Of a stretch of 64,000 nucleotides of DNA, positions 1-11,679 are shown piece after piece. The position numbers and the translations under genes are program-made. The DNA comes from Eledone cirrhosa (lineage: Eukaryota). Below the pieces are notes generated by a model. That model was given only the letters and a program-made list of their open reading frames with translations. It was not told where the DNA came from and ran no database searches. The stretch covers positions 25,358,001 to 25,422,000 of the forward strand of contig OZ024744.1 in assembly GCA_964016885.1 (NCBI GenBank), given 5' to 3'. Position 1 is the stretch's first letter. Every line of letters begins with the position of its first letter.

Positions 1-1513
1 AATTCCTTTCCTGTCCAGTTCTATGAAGGTCTTATACTTATCCATGGCTCCCTCGTATACTATATATAACTATATTGATATCGTCTACGTAACGAGAGTA
101 CATGATGAGGTCTATGGAGCTCTCATTAAGGAGATCTTTAAGTCTCCTTTCCCACCATACCATAAAAAGTTTGGCAACATCACCAGCTATGCTGACGCCA
201 ATGGCTGCTCCCTCATTTTGGGTGTAGATCTTCTCGTTGAACTTAAATATGTGGCCCTTTAGAGTAGTTTTGATACTAGCCCCTATTGCATGTGCGACCA
301 TTTTTCTTACCTGATCATTGTTTTGGGGTATCCGTATAGCTTTGGTCCACCCAATCCACCTTCCCATGAGAGTCCTTTTAGCCATTGAGGTTATGGTGGG
401 GGGGTCTACCTCTTCTGGGTGTACTGGGGAAGAAACGTCTAAGGTCATGGCTGTCTAGGTAGTCAGTGTCGTAGGTAAGTGTAAGTAGGAGGCCCAGTTC
501 GTCTGTGTCGACGTCGCAGAACTCCACCTCACTCTCAATGATCATCTCCACACATTTTTCCACAGCAAAATCAATGTTAATGGATGGGTACAGTGATACC
601 ACATCCATACTGCCTATTATGCAGTTAGATAGGTTCCTGTTTTTGTTGCACTCACTGATTCTGCTGAGGAGGTCCTCTGTACTGTCACATACATCTGGGG
701 ACATCTTGATTATGGGGCGTATAACCATTGAGAGGAAGTAGGAGATCCTGTAGTTGCTAGCTATATTTGCTCCGCATACGGGTCTTGTTGGTGGTCCTGT
801 TGTTGGGTCGTCGACTGTCTTCTGGTCTTTGCGGAGCGATTACAAGGGTGGTATGTCATTGTTAGACGCCTGGAAGTTGTTGGCAGTGCGTCTGCTTGGC
901 TTTAAGATGTCAGTCCACATCATCATGTGAGCGTTGAGGATGTTCTCTCTCCCATCATGTGTTTGCTGTGCAATTTCGCTCGTGTTGGTGATGTTGGGTT
1001 GCATAGCCTTGATGTAGTTCGGCATGCTATCTATTGACATCCTACCAGACTTATCCGTGGGTAGACATACTACCTCACTATCCCTTGTGTGCTGCTTTAG
1101 GCCAACCAAGCCTTCTACAGGTTTCCTCCCAAGTTGTTGGGCCTCTGATCTGCTCTGTCTCTTAGTATACTGGTCTACTATTTGTCTAATCTTATTTCTA
1201 GCTATGGTCAACTGTACCTCTGTCTCGTCATCTATTTGTTGTGGTATGCAACCTCTTTTATTAAAGGGTAACCTCGTAGGATAGATATTACCCAACTTAT
1301 ATGTTTTGTCAGCTGGGTTGAAGAATAGTTTCTCTAAGAGGTTGTCATTATATCTATCGTCATAGTTGTGTGTGTTGCTATTATTGTTATTATGGTTGTT
1401 ATTGTTGTTCCTATCATTAGCATTATTATTATTGTTATGATTGCTAGATGTATTGTTGCTGTGATTGTTAGATGTACTGTTGTTATGATTGCTAGGTGTA
1501 TTGTTGCTGTGAT
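1..1513 (-). mobile_element. Penelope-like element (PLE), N-terminal/RT part, disrupted; continues beyond the window start
   Basis: Minus ORFs 840-1562, 378-728 and 38-448 give TDKSG, PPL*SLRKDQK..RPVCGA, GSMDVVSLYPSI, QNEGAAIG and YSRYVDD, which are PLE-type RT motifs; stops, a frameshift and a ~410-bp deletion near 62-64. Confidence 0.9.
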
Positions 1514-3358
1514 TAGGGGCTAGTATCAAAACTACCCTAAATGGCCACATATTCAAGTTCAACTAGAGGATCTACACCCAAAATGAGGGAGCAGCCATTG
1601 GCGTCAGCATAGCTGGTGATGTTGCCAACCTTTTTATGGTATGGTGGGAAAGGAGACTTAAAGATCTCCTTAATGAGAGCTCCATAGACCTCATCATGTA
1701 CTCTCGTTACGTAGACGATATCAATATAGTTATAAGAACATCCCTACTAGAGAGCACTAACAAGTTTGATTTAGAACGTAGCACAATGGAAAGCATCCAG
1801 CAGATAGCTAATTCCATACACCAGAGTATAACTGTAACTATCAACTACCCTTCCAAACACCCTAACAATAGACTACCTGTATTAGACACGGAACTCTGGA
1901 TTAACACTATAGACGAGAGGGCCCAAATTCTCTACTCACAATATGCTAAACCCATGGCCTCCAAATACCTGACACTCAAAAATTCAGCAATGTCCAGTAG
2001 TGCTAAGTTTAATATTCTGATCGCAGATTTGGTATGAGTGATGAAGAATGTGTCCCGCATGTGCGACCCAACAGAAATGGACAGACACATCCAACACTTC
2101 ATCAACCGCATGCAGTTCTCTGGCTACAACCAAAGAGACAGAGTCAGAGTATACGAAGGAGCCATGGAGAAGTATAAGACCTTCATAGAACTGGACAGGA
2201 AAGGAATTTGCCCATTATACAGGAGCAAATCATGGAATAGCTTAGATAGGGCTAGACATAAGATAAGGAAAGCCACCTCTTGGTACAACAACCAGAGATA
2301 CCAGAGTGTCATGTTTGTGGGCGCTACTCCTGGAGGGAAATTAGCTAACCACTGTAGAAAGGCCCTGAGAAAGACCCACTTAAAGATTAAGGTGGTAGAA
2401 AAGCCAGGAACCACCATAAACTCCGTGATCAGCAAAACCTACCCTTTTAAGAAACCCCACTGTACTAATAGGAAATGTATCATATGTAAGGTAAACCCCC
2501 GGATAAACTGTAAAACTAGAAACGTAGTCTATAGCATAAGATGTACAGAGGGTACTTGCAGAAATATGACAACAGCATACATAGGCGAGACAGCTCGTAG
2601 CATAGTTGAAAGGATAGATCAACACTGAGAGGAACTAAAGGGACGAAAAAACGGTTCAGTACTATACGAACATGCCAGACAACAACACGACGGTAACATA
2701 GACAACATAGAAATTAGAATAATATCTAAACATAGAAATGACCCAGCAGATAGGCAAATCAGAGAGGCCAGTGAAATAGAACTTAGAATGCCAAGGCTAA
2801 ATAGAAAGAATGAATGGAATAACAACAACACCCAAACAAACAACACTGACCTAAGAGAAGTTTAAATAAATAAAAATATAAATACATAAATAAATACATA
2901 CACAAACACAATAACAACAAACACATATAAACACACACTACTAAAGATAGAATACATTAACCAATACACAGTCACCCAATCACGAACACACATCAAACAA
3001 ACCACTATACACACACGCAAACGCATGCGCAAAGAAAACAAAATAAAATAAATAAATATATAAACAGACTAAATAAAGATGGCGTAGAAAATACAATGCA
3101 ACGGGAGGAAACAATAGTACCACTGACGATGTTGCAGATGTGCAACGAAAGAACTTTGATAAACTATATATATGTGTTTGTGTCTATATTGTATCTGTAT
3201 TATTTTTGACCGTTGGTCAGTCAATGGTAACATTGAGCACCGAATAAATTAGATTACCGATATAAAAGACACAGAAGCGAAAACCAACCAAACAGTGAGT
3301 GTGTTCTGTTATTAATTCTGGCAATATTACAGAAATATGACCCTCCCCAAGTATAACA

Positions 3359-3360
<2 letters not shown>
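1514..3360 (+). mobile_element. Penelope-like element, 5'-truncated: RT C-terminus + Cys-rich linker + GIY-YIG endonuclease + pseudo-LTR
   Basis: One frame to TAA 2863-2865 with internal stops: RYVDD, LPVLD, HCTNRKCIICK, NVVYSIRC..C...YIGETARSIVERIDQH*...EH...H...RQIREA..LNRKNEW; ends in (TA)n at ~3360. Confidence 0.92.
3118..3161 (+). ncRNA. Minimal type I hammerhead ribozyme (PLE pLTR type)
   Basis: TACCA-CTGACGA-T-GTTGCA(GATG)TGCAAC-GAAA-G(AA)C-T-T-TGATA: core CUGANGA and GAAA, 6-bp stem II, short stem III, stem I with one mismatch. Confidence 0.8.
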
Positions 3361-3389
<29 letters not shown>

Positions 3390-3393
3390 CATA

Positions 3394-3572
3394 TAATTGT
3401 TTCTACTTTTGGCACAAGGCCAGCAATCACCCAGTGTATTACTGGTACTTTATATTATCGACCCCACAAGGATGAAAGGCAAAGTTAACCTCGGCGGGAT
3501 ATGAACTGAGAATGGCAAGGGCCGTAACACTCTGCGTCAAAGCATGACGCCCGACCCTCTACTGCCAATCCA
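3394..3572 (-). mobile_element. tRNA-derived SINE with Meta-like central domain
   Basis: Reverse strand has A-box TGGCAGTAG and B-box-like GTTCATATCCC, then GCCTTTCATCCTT..GGGGTCGATAA..AAGTACCAG; related copies at 19290, 21383 and 35485. Confidence 0.85.
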
Positions 3573-3579
3573 AATATAC

Positions 3580-3614
<35 letters not shown>

Positions 3615-3704
3615 TATATATATATATATTTACATGTATGTGTTTGTGTGTGTGTGTATGTGTGTGTGTGTGTAATTATGTATATATGTATGTATGTAGT
3701 AACA

Positions 3705-4297
3705 GTGCTACTGGTAACATATATCCCAGTACAACCTGTCTCATGGTCGGGTTGTTGGCGACTAAACTGGCAACCCCACCACGGTTTCTTGGTGAGGAGG
3801 GTGACTTTGGACATCCTGCAGGACTAAAAACAAAACCTGTCAAAGGGCAAAGGAGCTCTTTAGAGTCAATGGCCATCCAAAATCACCGGGAGAGGTGACC
3901 CCCTAGCCTTTGTCAAGGCAGAATTCTAGGAGAAGGAAAACTCTGATATAACACCTGCAACTCTGATGGTATCCAATGATGTTGACTAGTTCTTCTTTTT
4001 GGTAAATATCATCTTGGTTAAAAGAGTGGGACTGGCTTTGTGCAGTGCCTTTGCTCACTATAAAAGCTTCACGGCACAGGCATTGCTTTATATCTGGAGA
4101 TCTCTCTGCATTTCTCTTCACATGGTACCATGGGCCCAGCACTATGTGTCAATAATTGTCACAAGTGTAGTGTTTGTACCAGAGTTTTCAAGTCACTGGC
4201 TGGACTAAAAAGTCACACTCGTTCAGTGCATCTGTAGGGGTTCTCCTACATGGATATAAAGTAGTGGCCGTACTCTAAAACGAGTTGGCAGCCACCA
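3705..4297 (+). mobile_element. ~610-bp non-autonomous non-coding retroposon, copy 1 (13-bp TSD)
   Basis: Near-identical to copies at 23202, 23836, 44772 and 48799; ATGTAGTAACAGT at 3694-3706 and 4297-4309; contains CTAGGAGAAGGAAAACTCTGA. Confidence 0.9.
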
Positions 4298-4689
4298 TGT
4301 AGTAACAGTACAGTGATAAATGTGAGCAGTTCTTCATTGCTGTACAGAATTGAGTTTTACAAAATGCCATTCATTATTCACAGCTGAAGTATTTCCTGGT
4401 TTTCAAGAGAATGGCTAGACTGTAGGATGCGGTGATATCTCTGTTATCTTTTTTTCTCATTCGAAAGAGGAAAGGCAGCGTCTATGACCATTTTCATGCC
4501 GTCTAAATTACGTGGATGGTGAAAGGAAGAATTTATCAACAGATTGGCAATATGATCTGCAGTATTGCAACAAAACAGATTTTCCAAAAAGTTGACTGGT
4601 ACTGGTATTGTTAAACTAGATGATAAATTTAACCTGAAAACCATAAACAGAATGACTCATCCACAACCTTTTAAAAAAAAAATTTTCGA

Positions 4690-4958
4690 GGCCAGGTGTC
4701 CATTAGGCCGGTGCTCATCCTGGTTTTCGGGGCGTGAAGTGACTGAGTGTACATCACTCCGCCCTGGACAGCATATACTGGTACTCATTTCCAGCTGAGT
4801 ATACTGGAGCAAAGTGAAACGATGTGCTTTGTTCAAGAACACAACACACAATTTCCCCCACTCAGAGGGCTTTGTATGGTAAAAGACAATTAAAGTGTCA
4901 CTTTGTCGGATTGAACTCGTATAGTTTAAAAGCAAACTCCTTAACCACGCAGCCATTC
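4690..4958 (-). mobile_element. Degraded tRNA-derived SINE (second family)
   Basis: Reverse strand GGCTGCGTGGTTAAGG...GAGTTCAATCC head, and a core TTGCTCCAGT..ACTCAGCTG..AAATGAGTA shared with the SINE at 26335-26786. Confidence 0.7.
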
Positions 4959-5997
4959 CTGTATCCAGTATATATGTGGTATCACTGACAGAGCTTATCC
5001 GAGGTTGTAAGATCTATACCTATTAATGTAGAATGAACGCCACAATCCACGTTTAATATTAAGACCCTAATCAAAACAAGCCAATATATCAAACAGGTTT
5101 AATGATTTCGATTCAACAAAAAAACAACTTCATATGCACGTTTTTTATCCATAAATTTCAACTGATGCTCTTCGTAGAAAACACCCAATAACAAAAAACA
5201 ATAAATAAAAAGAGAAACACAGAAACGAAAAATACAAGAGCCTCGTAGACATAGTGTCTTTCAGCAAAGAAGAAATCTATGTTAAAGATCAGAGTTTCAC
5301 TGAAGACAGAATAAGAAACTGAGAATTTCAATATATTCTCAAATCGGATCACCGCGATTATTATATTTTTAGACTTTCAGCTGATAGAAATGACAGATTT
5401 TGCCTAAGTTATTTTACACTCAACGTAAAAAAATGTAATAATAATAAATGTAAATTATATAAATTATCTTGTAATATTCATGCGTAACTGAAATCAGGTT
5501 AACTTATTATATCATGAGCTTATAGACACAGTATTTTCCAATATTCCGCACATACTATACCAGCTAGTTTCATACATGCGAAATGGCGACCGCCTTATGC
5601 AGTTGCACACAAATTCATAAACCCATTAATTCACGCTGTACACACCTGTACAGATGCATTATAATAAGAAGTGACAAATAACGAACGTCAAACCTGCGAC
5701 GACAGCTAGAAGACAGCACAGCCAAGTATAGGAAGAAGGGAAGGACAAACAGCAAATGAAAGAAGCAGGGGGGGGGGGGGGATTAAGAGAAAATTACGTC
5801 ATGAGATAACAAAATTGCGCCCTAACTAGATTCTTACGAAATTTGAGCAGATCTTCTGTAAGTGTAATAAGTTAAACACATACACATGCTTGATTATACA
5901 CTCTACCTCATTGAAGTCTTTACTTCTGCTAAATCAATACATACCCACAAACCCTATCTATTTTTCAAACTATCTATCTACCTATCTATCTATCTAT

Positions 5998-6285
5998 TGT
6001 GGGTGAATGTGGCAAAGATGGCCCGAGTGGTTGGGCCATCTCTCTATATAAGCCTGTAGGTTGAGGAAAAAGAGGAAGAGAGGAAGGGACTATTGACTCT
6101 TGGTGCTCCGGGAGATGAGGGTTGTACATTGTTTCGGGGTGTGTACAACCCCTGTGTAACGCCTCCCCCCTATTGGGGATTTCAATTGTTATTTTATTAA
6201 TAGTTTTATTTTCATATACCTGTATGTAAACTCCCGATTTGTATTTGTCCCCTTCTTTTGTGCCCTTGTGGCTAATAAAGAAATG
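5998..6285 (+). mobile_element. 3' fragment of Tx1/L1-clade LINE
   Basis: Matches 37804-38090 (WVNVAKMARVVGPSLYISL* + 3'UTR + AATAAA); preceded by (TCTA)n and followed by TATCTATTTATC. Confidence 0.9.
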
Positions 6286-6639
6286 TATCTATTTATCAGA
6301 CTGTCTGTCTTCCTCACTCTCTCTCTCCCCCTCTTTCTCTCCCTCCCTCTCAATCTCTCTCTATATATATCGTTCCTTTCCTTTTTTTCCTTTGCTTATC
6401 TTTTATTTTCCCAATATCTATTATAAATGTGTGTGCATATGTACATGCACATACGAGTGTGCATATGTTTCTCTGTCTCTCTCTATATATATGTATTTCT
6501 GTGCATGTCTGTGTGTATATATATCTGTATGTGACATGTGTGTGTTGAGTGATGTCTAATATGTCACCGGGTCCTCAGCTCGTCCCTATACACATCTTCC
6601 CTGTCACCCTATAACTACATCCTTTCACACATTAATCTC

Positions 6640-7945
6640 TCAATATATATATATATGTGTGTGTATGTGTGTATGTGTGAATGTGTGTATATATATGTGT
6701 GTGTGTGTGTGGGTATATATATACGTGTGTATGTGTGTATGTGGGTATATATATATATGTGTGTATGTGTGTATGTGGGTATATATATATAGATATATGT
6801 ATGTATGTGTGTATATATGTGTGAGTGTGTGTGTATATATATGCGTGTAATGTGTATATATGTGTGTGTGTATATATGAGTGTGTCTATATGTGTATGTG
6901 TGTGTATGTGTGTGTATATATGCATGTGTGTGTATGTGTGTATATGTATGCGTGTGTATGCGTGTAAATATGTATGTGTGTGTATATATATGTATGTGTG
7001 TGTGTATATGTGTGTATATATATGTGTGTGTGTGTGTGTGCGTTTGTGTGTGTGTTTGTGTGATTGTGTGTGTGTTTATGTGTTTGTGTGTGTGTTCGTG
7101 TGTGTGCGTGTGTGTGTGTTCGTGTGTGTGTATGGGTGTGTGGGTGTTTGTGTGTGTTTGTGTGTTTGTGTGTGTGTTTATGTGTTTGTGTGTGTGTGTG
7201 TGTATGTGTGTATGTATGTATGTATGTATGTATGTATGTGTGTGTGTGTTTGTGTGTGTTTGTGAGTTTGTGTGTGTTAGTGTGTGTCTGTTTGTCTGTG
7301 TATGTGTGTTTGTGTGGGTTTTTTGTGTGTGTGTGTAGTTGTGTGTGTGTGTTTGTGCGTCTGAGTGTATATGTGTGTTTGTTTGGATGTGTGTGTTTGT
7401 GTGTGTTTGTGTGTATTTGTGTGTGTGTATGTGTTTGTGTGTATGTGTGTGTGTGTGTGTGTGTATGGGTGTGAGTGTTTGTGTGTGTAGGTGTGTGTCT
7501 CTTTGCGTGTGTGTGTTTGTGTGTGTTAGTGTGTGTATGTGTGTGTCTGTATGTGTGTGTGTGTTTGTGTATGTGTTTGTGTGTGTGTTTGTGTGTGTTT
7601 GTGTGGTTGTGTGTGGTTGTGTGTGTGTGTATGTGTGTATGTATGCATGTGTGTATGTGTGCATGTGTGTATGTGTGTGTGTGTATTTGTGTATGTGTGT
7701 GTGTGTTTGTGTGTGTGTGTATGTGTATGTGTGTGTATGTGTGTTTGTGTGTGTGTGTGTGTATGTGTGTATGGGTGGTTTGTGTGTGTGTTTGTGTATG
7801 TGTGTGTGTATGTGTGTGTGTGTTTGTGTGTATGGGTGTATGTGTGGGTGTGTTTGTGTGTGTATATGTGTGTGTGTATGTGTGTGTGTGTGTTTGTGTG
7901 TGTGTATGTAGGTGTGTGTGTGTCCATCTGTATGTGTCTGTGTGT
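6640..7945. repeat. Degenerate (TG)n/(TA)n/(TATG)n microsatellite
   Basis: Direct inspection. Confidence 0.95.
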
Positions 7946-10900
7946 GCGTCTGTGTGCCTCTGTGTGTGTCTCCATATGTGTGCCTCTGTGTGTGAGTGTG
8001 TCTCCGTCTGTGTGCCTTTGTGTGTGAGTGTGTCTCCGTCTGTGTGCCTTTGTGTGTGAGTGTGTCTCCGTCTGTGTGCCTCTGTGTGTGTCTCCGTCTG
8101 TGTGTCTCTGTGTGTGAGTGTGTCTCCGTCTGTGTGCCTCTGAGTGTGTCTCCGTCTGTGTGCCTCTGTGTGTGTCTCCGTCTGTGTGCCTCTGTGTGTG
8201 TCTCCGTCTGTGTGCCTCTGTGTGTGTCTCCATATGTGTGCCTTTGTGTGTGAGTGTGTCTCCGTCTGTGTGTCTCTGTGTGTGAGTGTGTCTCCGTCTG
8301 TGTGCCTCTGAGTGTGAGTGTGTCTCCGTCTGTGTGCCTCTGTGTGTGAGTGTGTCTCCGTCTGTGTGCCTCTGTGTGTGAGTGTGTCTCCGTCTGTGTG
8401 CCTCTGTGTGTGAGTGTGTCTCCGTCTGTGTGCCTCTGTGTGTGTCTCCGTCTGTGTGTCTCTGTGTGTGAGTGTGTCTCCGTCTGTGTGCCTCTGAGTG
8501 TGTCTCCGTCTGTGTGCCTCTGTGTGTGAGTGTGTCTCCGTCTGTGTGCCTCTGTGTGTGAGTGTGTCTCCGTCTGTGTGCCTCTGTGTGTGTCTCCGTC
8601 TGTGTGCCTCTGTGTGTGAGTGTGTCTCCGTCTGTGTGCCTCTGTGTGTGAGTGTGTCTCCGTCTGTGTGCCTCTGTGTGTGTCTCCGTCTGTGTGCCTC
8701 TGTGTGTGAGTGTGTCTCCGTCTGTGTGCCTCTGTGTGTGAGTGTGTCTCCGTCTGTGTGCCTCTGTGTGTGAGTGTGTCTCCGTCTGTGTGCCTCTGTG
8801 TGTGAGTGTGTCTCCGTCTGTGTGCCTCTGTGTGTGTCTCCGTCTGTGTGCCTCTGTGTGTGAGTGTGTCTCCGTCTGTGTGCCTCTGTGTGTGAGTGTG
8901 TCTCCGTCTGTGTGCCTCTGTGTGTGTCTCCGTCTGTGTGCCTCTGTGTGTGAGTGTGTCTCCGTCTGTGTGCCTCTGTGTGTGAGTGTGTCTCCGTCTG
9001 TGTGCCTCTGTGTGTGAGTGTGTCTCCGTCTGTGTGCCTCTGTGTGTGAGTGTGTCTCCGTCTGTGTGCCTCTGTGTGTGTCTCCGTCTGTGTGCCTCTG
9101 TGTGTGAGTGTGTCTCCGTCTGTGTGCCTCTGTGTGTGAGTGTGTCTCCGTCTGTGTGTCTCTGTGTGTGAGTGTGTCTCCGTCTGTGTGCCTCTGTGTG
9201 TGTCTCCGTCTGTGTGCCTCTGTGTGTGAGTGTGTCTCCGTCTGTGTGCCTCTGAGTGTGTCTCCGTCTGTGTGCCTCTGTGTGTGAGTGTGTCTCCGTC
9301 TGTGTGCCTCTGTGTGTGAGTGTGTCTCCGTCTGTGTGCCTCTGTGTGTGTCTCCGTCTGTGTGTCTCTGTGTGTGAGTGTGTCTCCGTCTGTGTGCCTC
9401 TGAGTGTGTCTCCGTCTGTGTGCCTCTGTGTGTGAGTGTGTCTCCGTCTGTGTGCCTCTGTGTGTGAGTGTGTCTCCGTCTGTGTGCCTCTGTGTGTGAG
9501 TGTGTCTCCGTCTGTGTGCCTCTGTGTGTGTCTCCGTCTGTGTGCCTCTGTGTGTGAGTGTGTCTCCGTCTGTGTGCCTCTGTGTGTGAGTGTGTCTCCG
9601 TCTGTGTGCCTCTGTGTGTGAGTGTGTCTCCGTCTGTGTGCCTCTGTGTGTGAGTGTGTCTCCGTCTGTGTGCCTCTGTGTGTGAGTGTGTCTCCGTCTG
9701 TGTGCCTCTGAGTGTGTCTCCGTCTGTGTGCCTCTGTGTGTGAGTGTGTCTCCGTCTGTGTGCCTCTGTGTGTGAGTGTGTCTCCGTCTGTGTGCCTCTG
9801 TGTGTGAGTGTGTCTCCGTCTGTGTGCCTCTGTGTGTGAGTGTGTCTCCGTCTGTGTGCCTCTGTGTGTGAGTGTGTCTCCGTCTGTGTGCCTCTGTGTG
9901 TGAGTGTGTCTCCGTCTGTGTGCCTCTGAGTGTGTCTCCGTCTGTGTGCCTCTGTGTGTGTCTCCGTCTGTGTGCCTCTGTGTGTGTCTCCGTCTGTGTG
10001 TCTCTGTGTGTGAGTGTGTCTCCGTCTGTGTGCCTCTGTGTGTGAGTGTGTCTCCGTCTGTGTGCCTCTGTGTGTGTCTCCGTCTGTGTGCCTCTGTGTG
10101 TGAGTGTGTCTCCGTCTGTGTGCCTCTGTGTGTGAGTGTGTCTCCGTCTGTGTGCCTCTGTGTGTGAGTGTGTCTCCGTCTGTGTGCCTCTGAGTGTGTC
10201 TCCGTCTGTGTGCCTCTGTGTGTGAGTGTGTCTCCGTCTGTGTGCCTCTGTGTGTGAGTGTGTCTCCGTCTGTGTGCCTCTGTGTGTGAGTGTGTCTCCG
10301 TCTGTGTGCCTCTGTGTGTGAGTGTGTCTCCGTCTGTGTGCCTCTGTGTGTGAGTGTGTCTCCGTCTGTGTGCCTCTGAGTGTGTCTCCGTCTGTGTGCC
10401 TCTGTGTGTGTCTCCGTCTGTGTGCCTCTGTGTGTGAGTGTGTCTCCGTCTGTGTGCCTCTGTGTGTGAGTGTGTCTCCGTCTGTGTGCCTCTGTGTGTG
10501 AGTGTGTCTCCGTCTGTGTGCCTCTGAGTGTGTCTCCGTCTGTGTGCCTCTGTGTGTGAGTGTGTCTCCGTCTGTGTGCCTCTGTGTGTGAGTGTGTCTC
10601 CGTCTGTGTGCCTCTGTGTGTGAGTGTGTCTCCGTCTGTGTGCCTCCGTGTGTGAGTGTGTCTCCGTCTGTGTGCCTCTGTGTGTGAGTGTGTCTCCGTC
10701 TGTGTGCCTCCGTGTGTGAGTGTGTCTCCGTCTGTGTGCCTCTGTGTGTGAGTGTGTCTCCGTCTGTGTGCCTCTGTGTGTGAGTGTGTCTCCGTCTGTG
10801 TGCCTCCGTGTGTGTGTGTCTCCGTCTGTGTGCCTCTGTGTGTGAGTGTGTCTCCGTCTGTGTGCCTCTGTGTGTGAGTGTGTCTCCGTCTGTGTGCCTC

Positions 10901-11035
10901 CGTGTGTGTGTGTCTCCGTCTGTGTGCCTCCGTGTGTGAGTGTGTCTCCGTCTGTGTGCCTCTGTGTGTGAGTGTGTCTCCGTCTGTGTGCCTCTGTGTG
11001 TGAGTGTGTCTCCGTCTGTGTGCCTCCGTGTGTGT
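7945..11035. repeat. Minisatellite with a 32-bp unit (TGAGTGTGTCTCCGTCTGTGTGCCTCTGTGTG) and 26-bp deletion variants, roughly 100 units
   Basis: Period 32 measured (8347 to 8379); short units lack 6 bp. Confidence 0.95.
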
Positions 11036-11679
11036 GTATCCATGTTTGATTGCGAGTCTTTTTTTACCTAACCCCCCATCACTTCTTTCTATTAATCGAT
11101 ACATGCGTGTTTCGCACACTCTTAGATGTGTACATATATCGAACTGCATAAGAAAAATAGGAAGGGAGGAGAGGAAGAACATAGTGGGGTGATGGAAGAG
11201 GGGGGATGAGCAAGAGAACTAACATACAGGATAAACACTTACATCTAAGGATTCCAGACACACACACATACACAGCATGTATACATATGTAAACACACGA
11301 ACACAGACATACAGCAACACAGACACGTATACATATGTAAACACACTGACACACACAAATAGGTTGACACACAGAACTCCTTAATTAGATTTTCTAATAA
11401 ATCTTTCTAGGCCCAATTGACTGTCACATGAAGTAGGAGAGTACATATGGCACATAGACTGCACATAAGATAGCAACAGAGAGATATAGAGGGAGGGAGA
11501 GAAGGAGGAGATAGAATGGAGGTGATGGAAATGGGTGGGGTGGGGTTAGAGCGAAATTAGAGAGATGAGAACGATGTTGGTGTTAATGATGATAGTGATG
11601 GCAATATGGGGGTGGTGTCGGGCAAAAAGAGACGCTCATATATTTAACGCTCCGACACCCAAGCAAACACTCACCCACA

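Noticed and set aside
2035-2628. In-frame TGA codons in the PLE as selenocysteine
   Set aside because: Contexts (LV*VMKN, QH*EEL) fit Arg/Trp mutations rather than Cys; selenoprotein PLEs (Naiads) have an N-terminal endonuclease; no SECIS recognised
3903-4208. Recurrent 70-80-aa ORFs in the 610-bp element
   Set aside because: They recur only because the copies are similar; non-ATG starts, no domain, and not preserved in the diverged copy
6615-11182. 1385-aa and 1218-aa His/Thr-rich ORFs
   Set aside because: Stop-free translations of (CA)n and the 32/26-bp minisatellite; the units do not preserve frame
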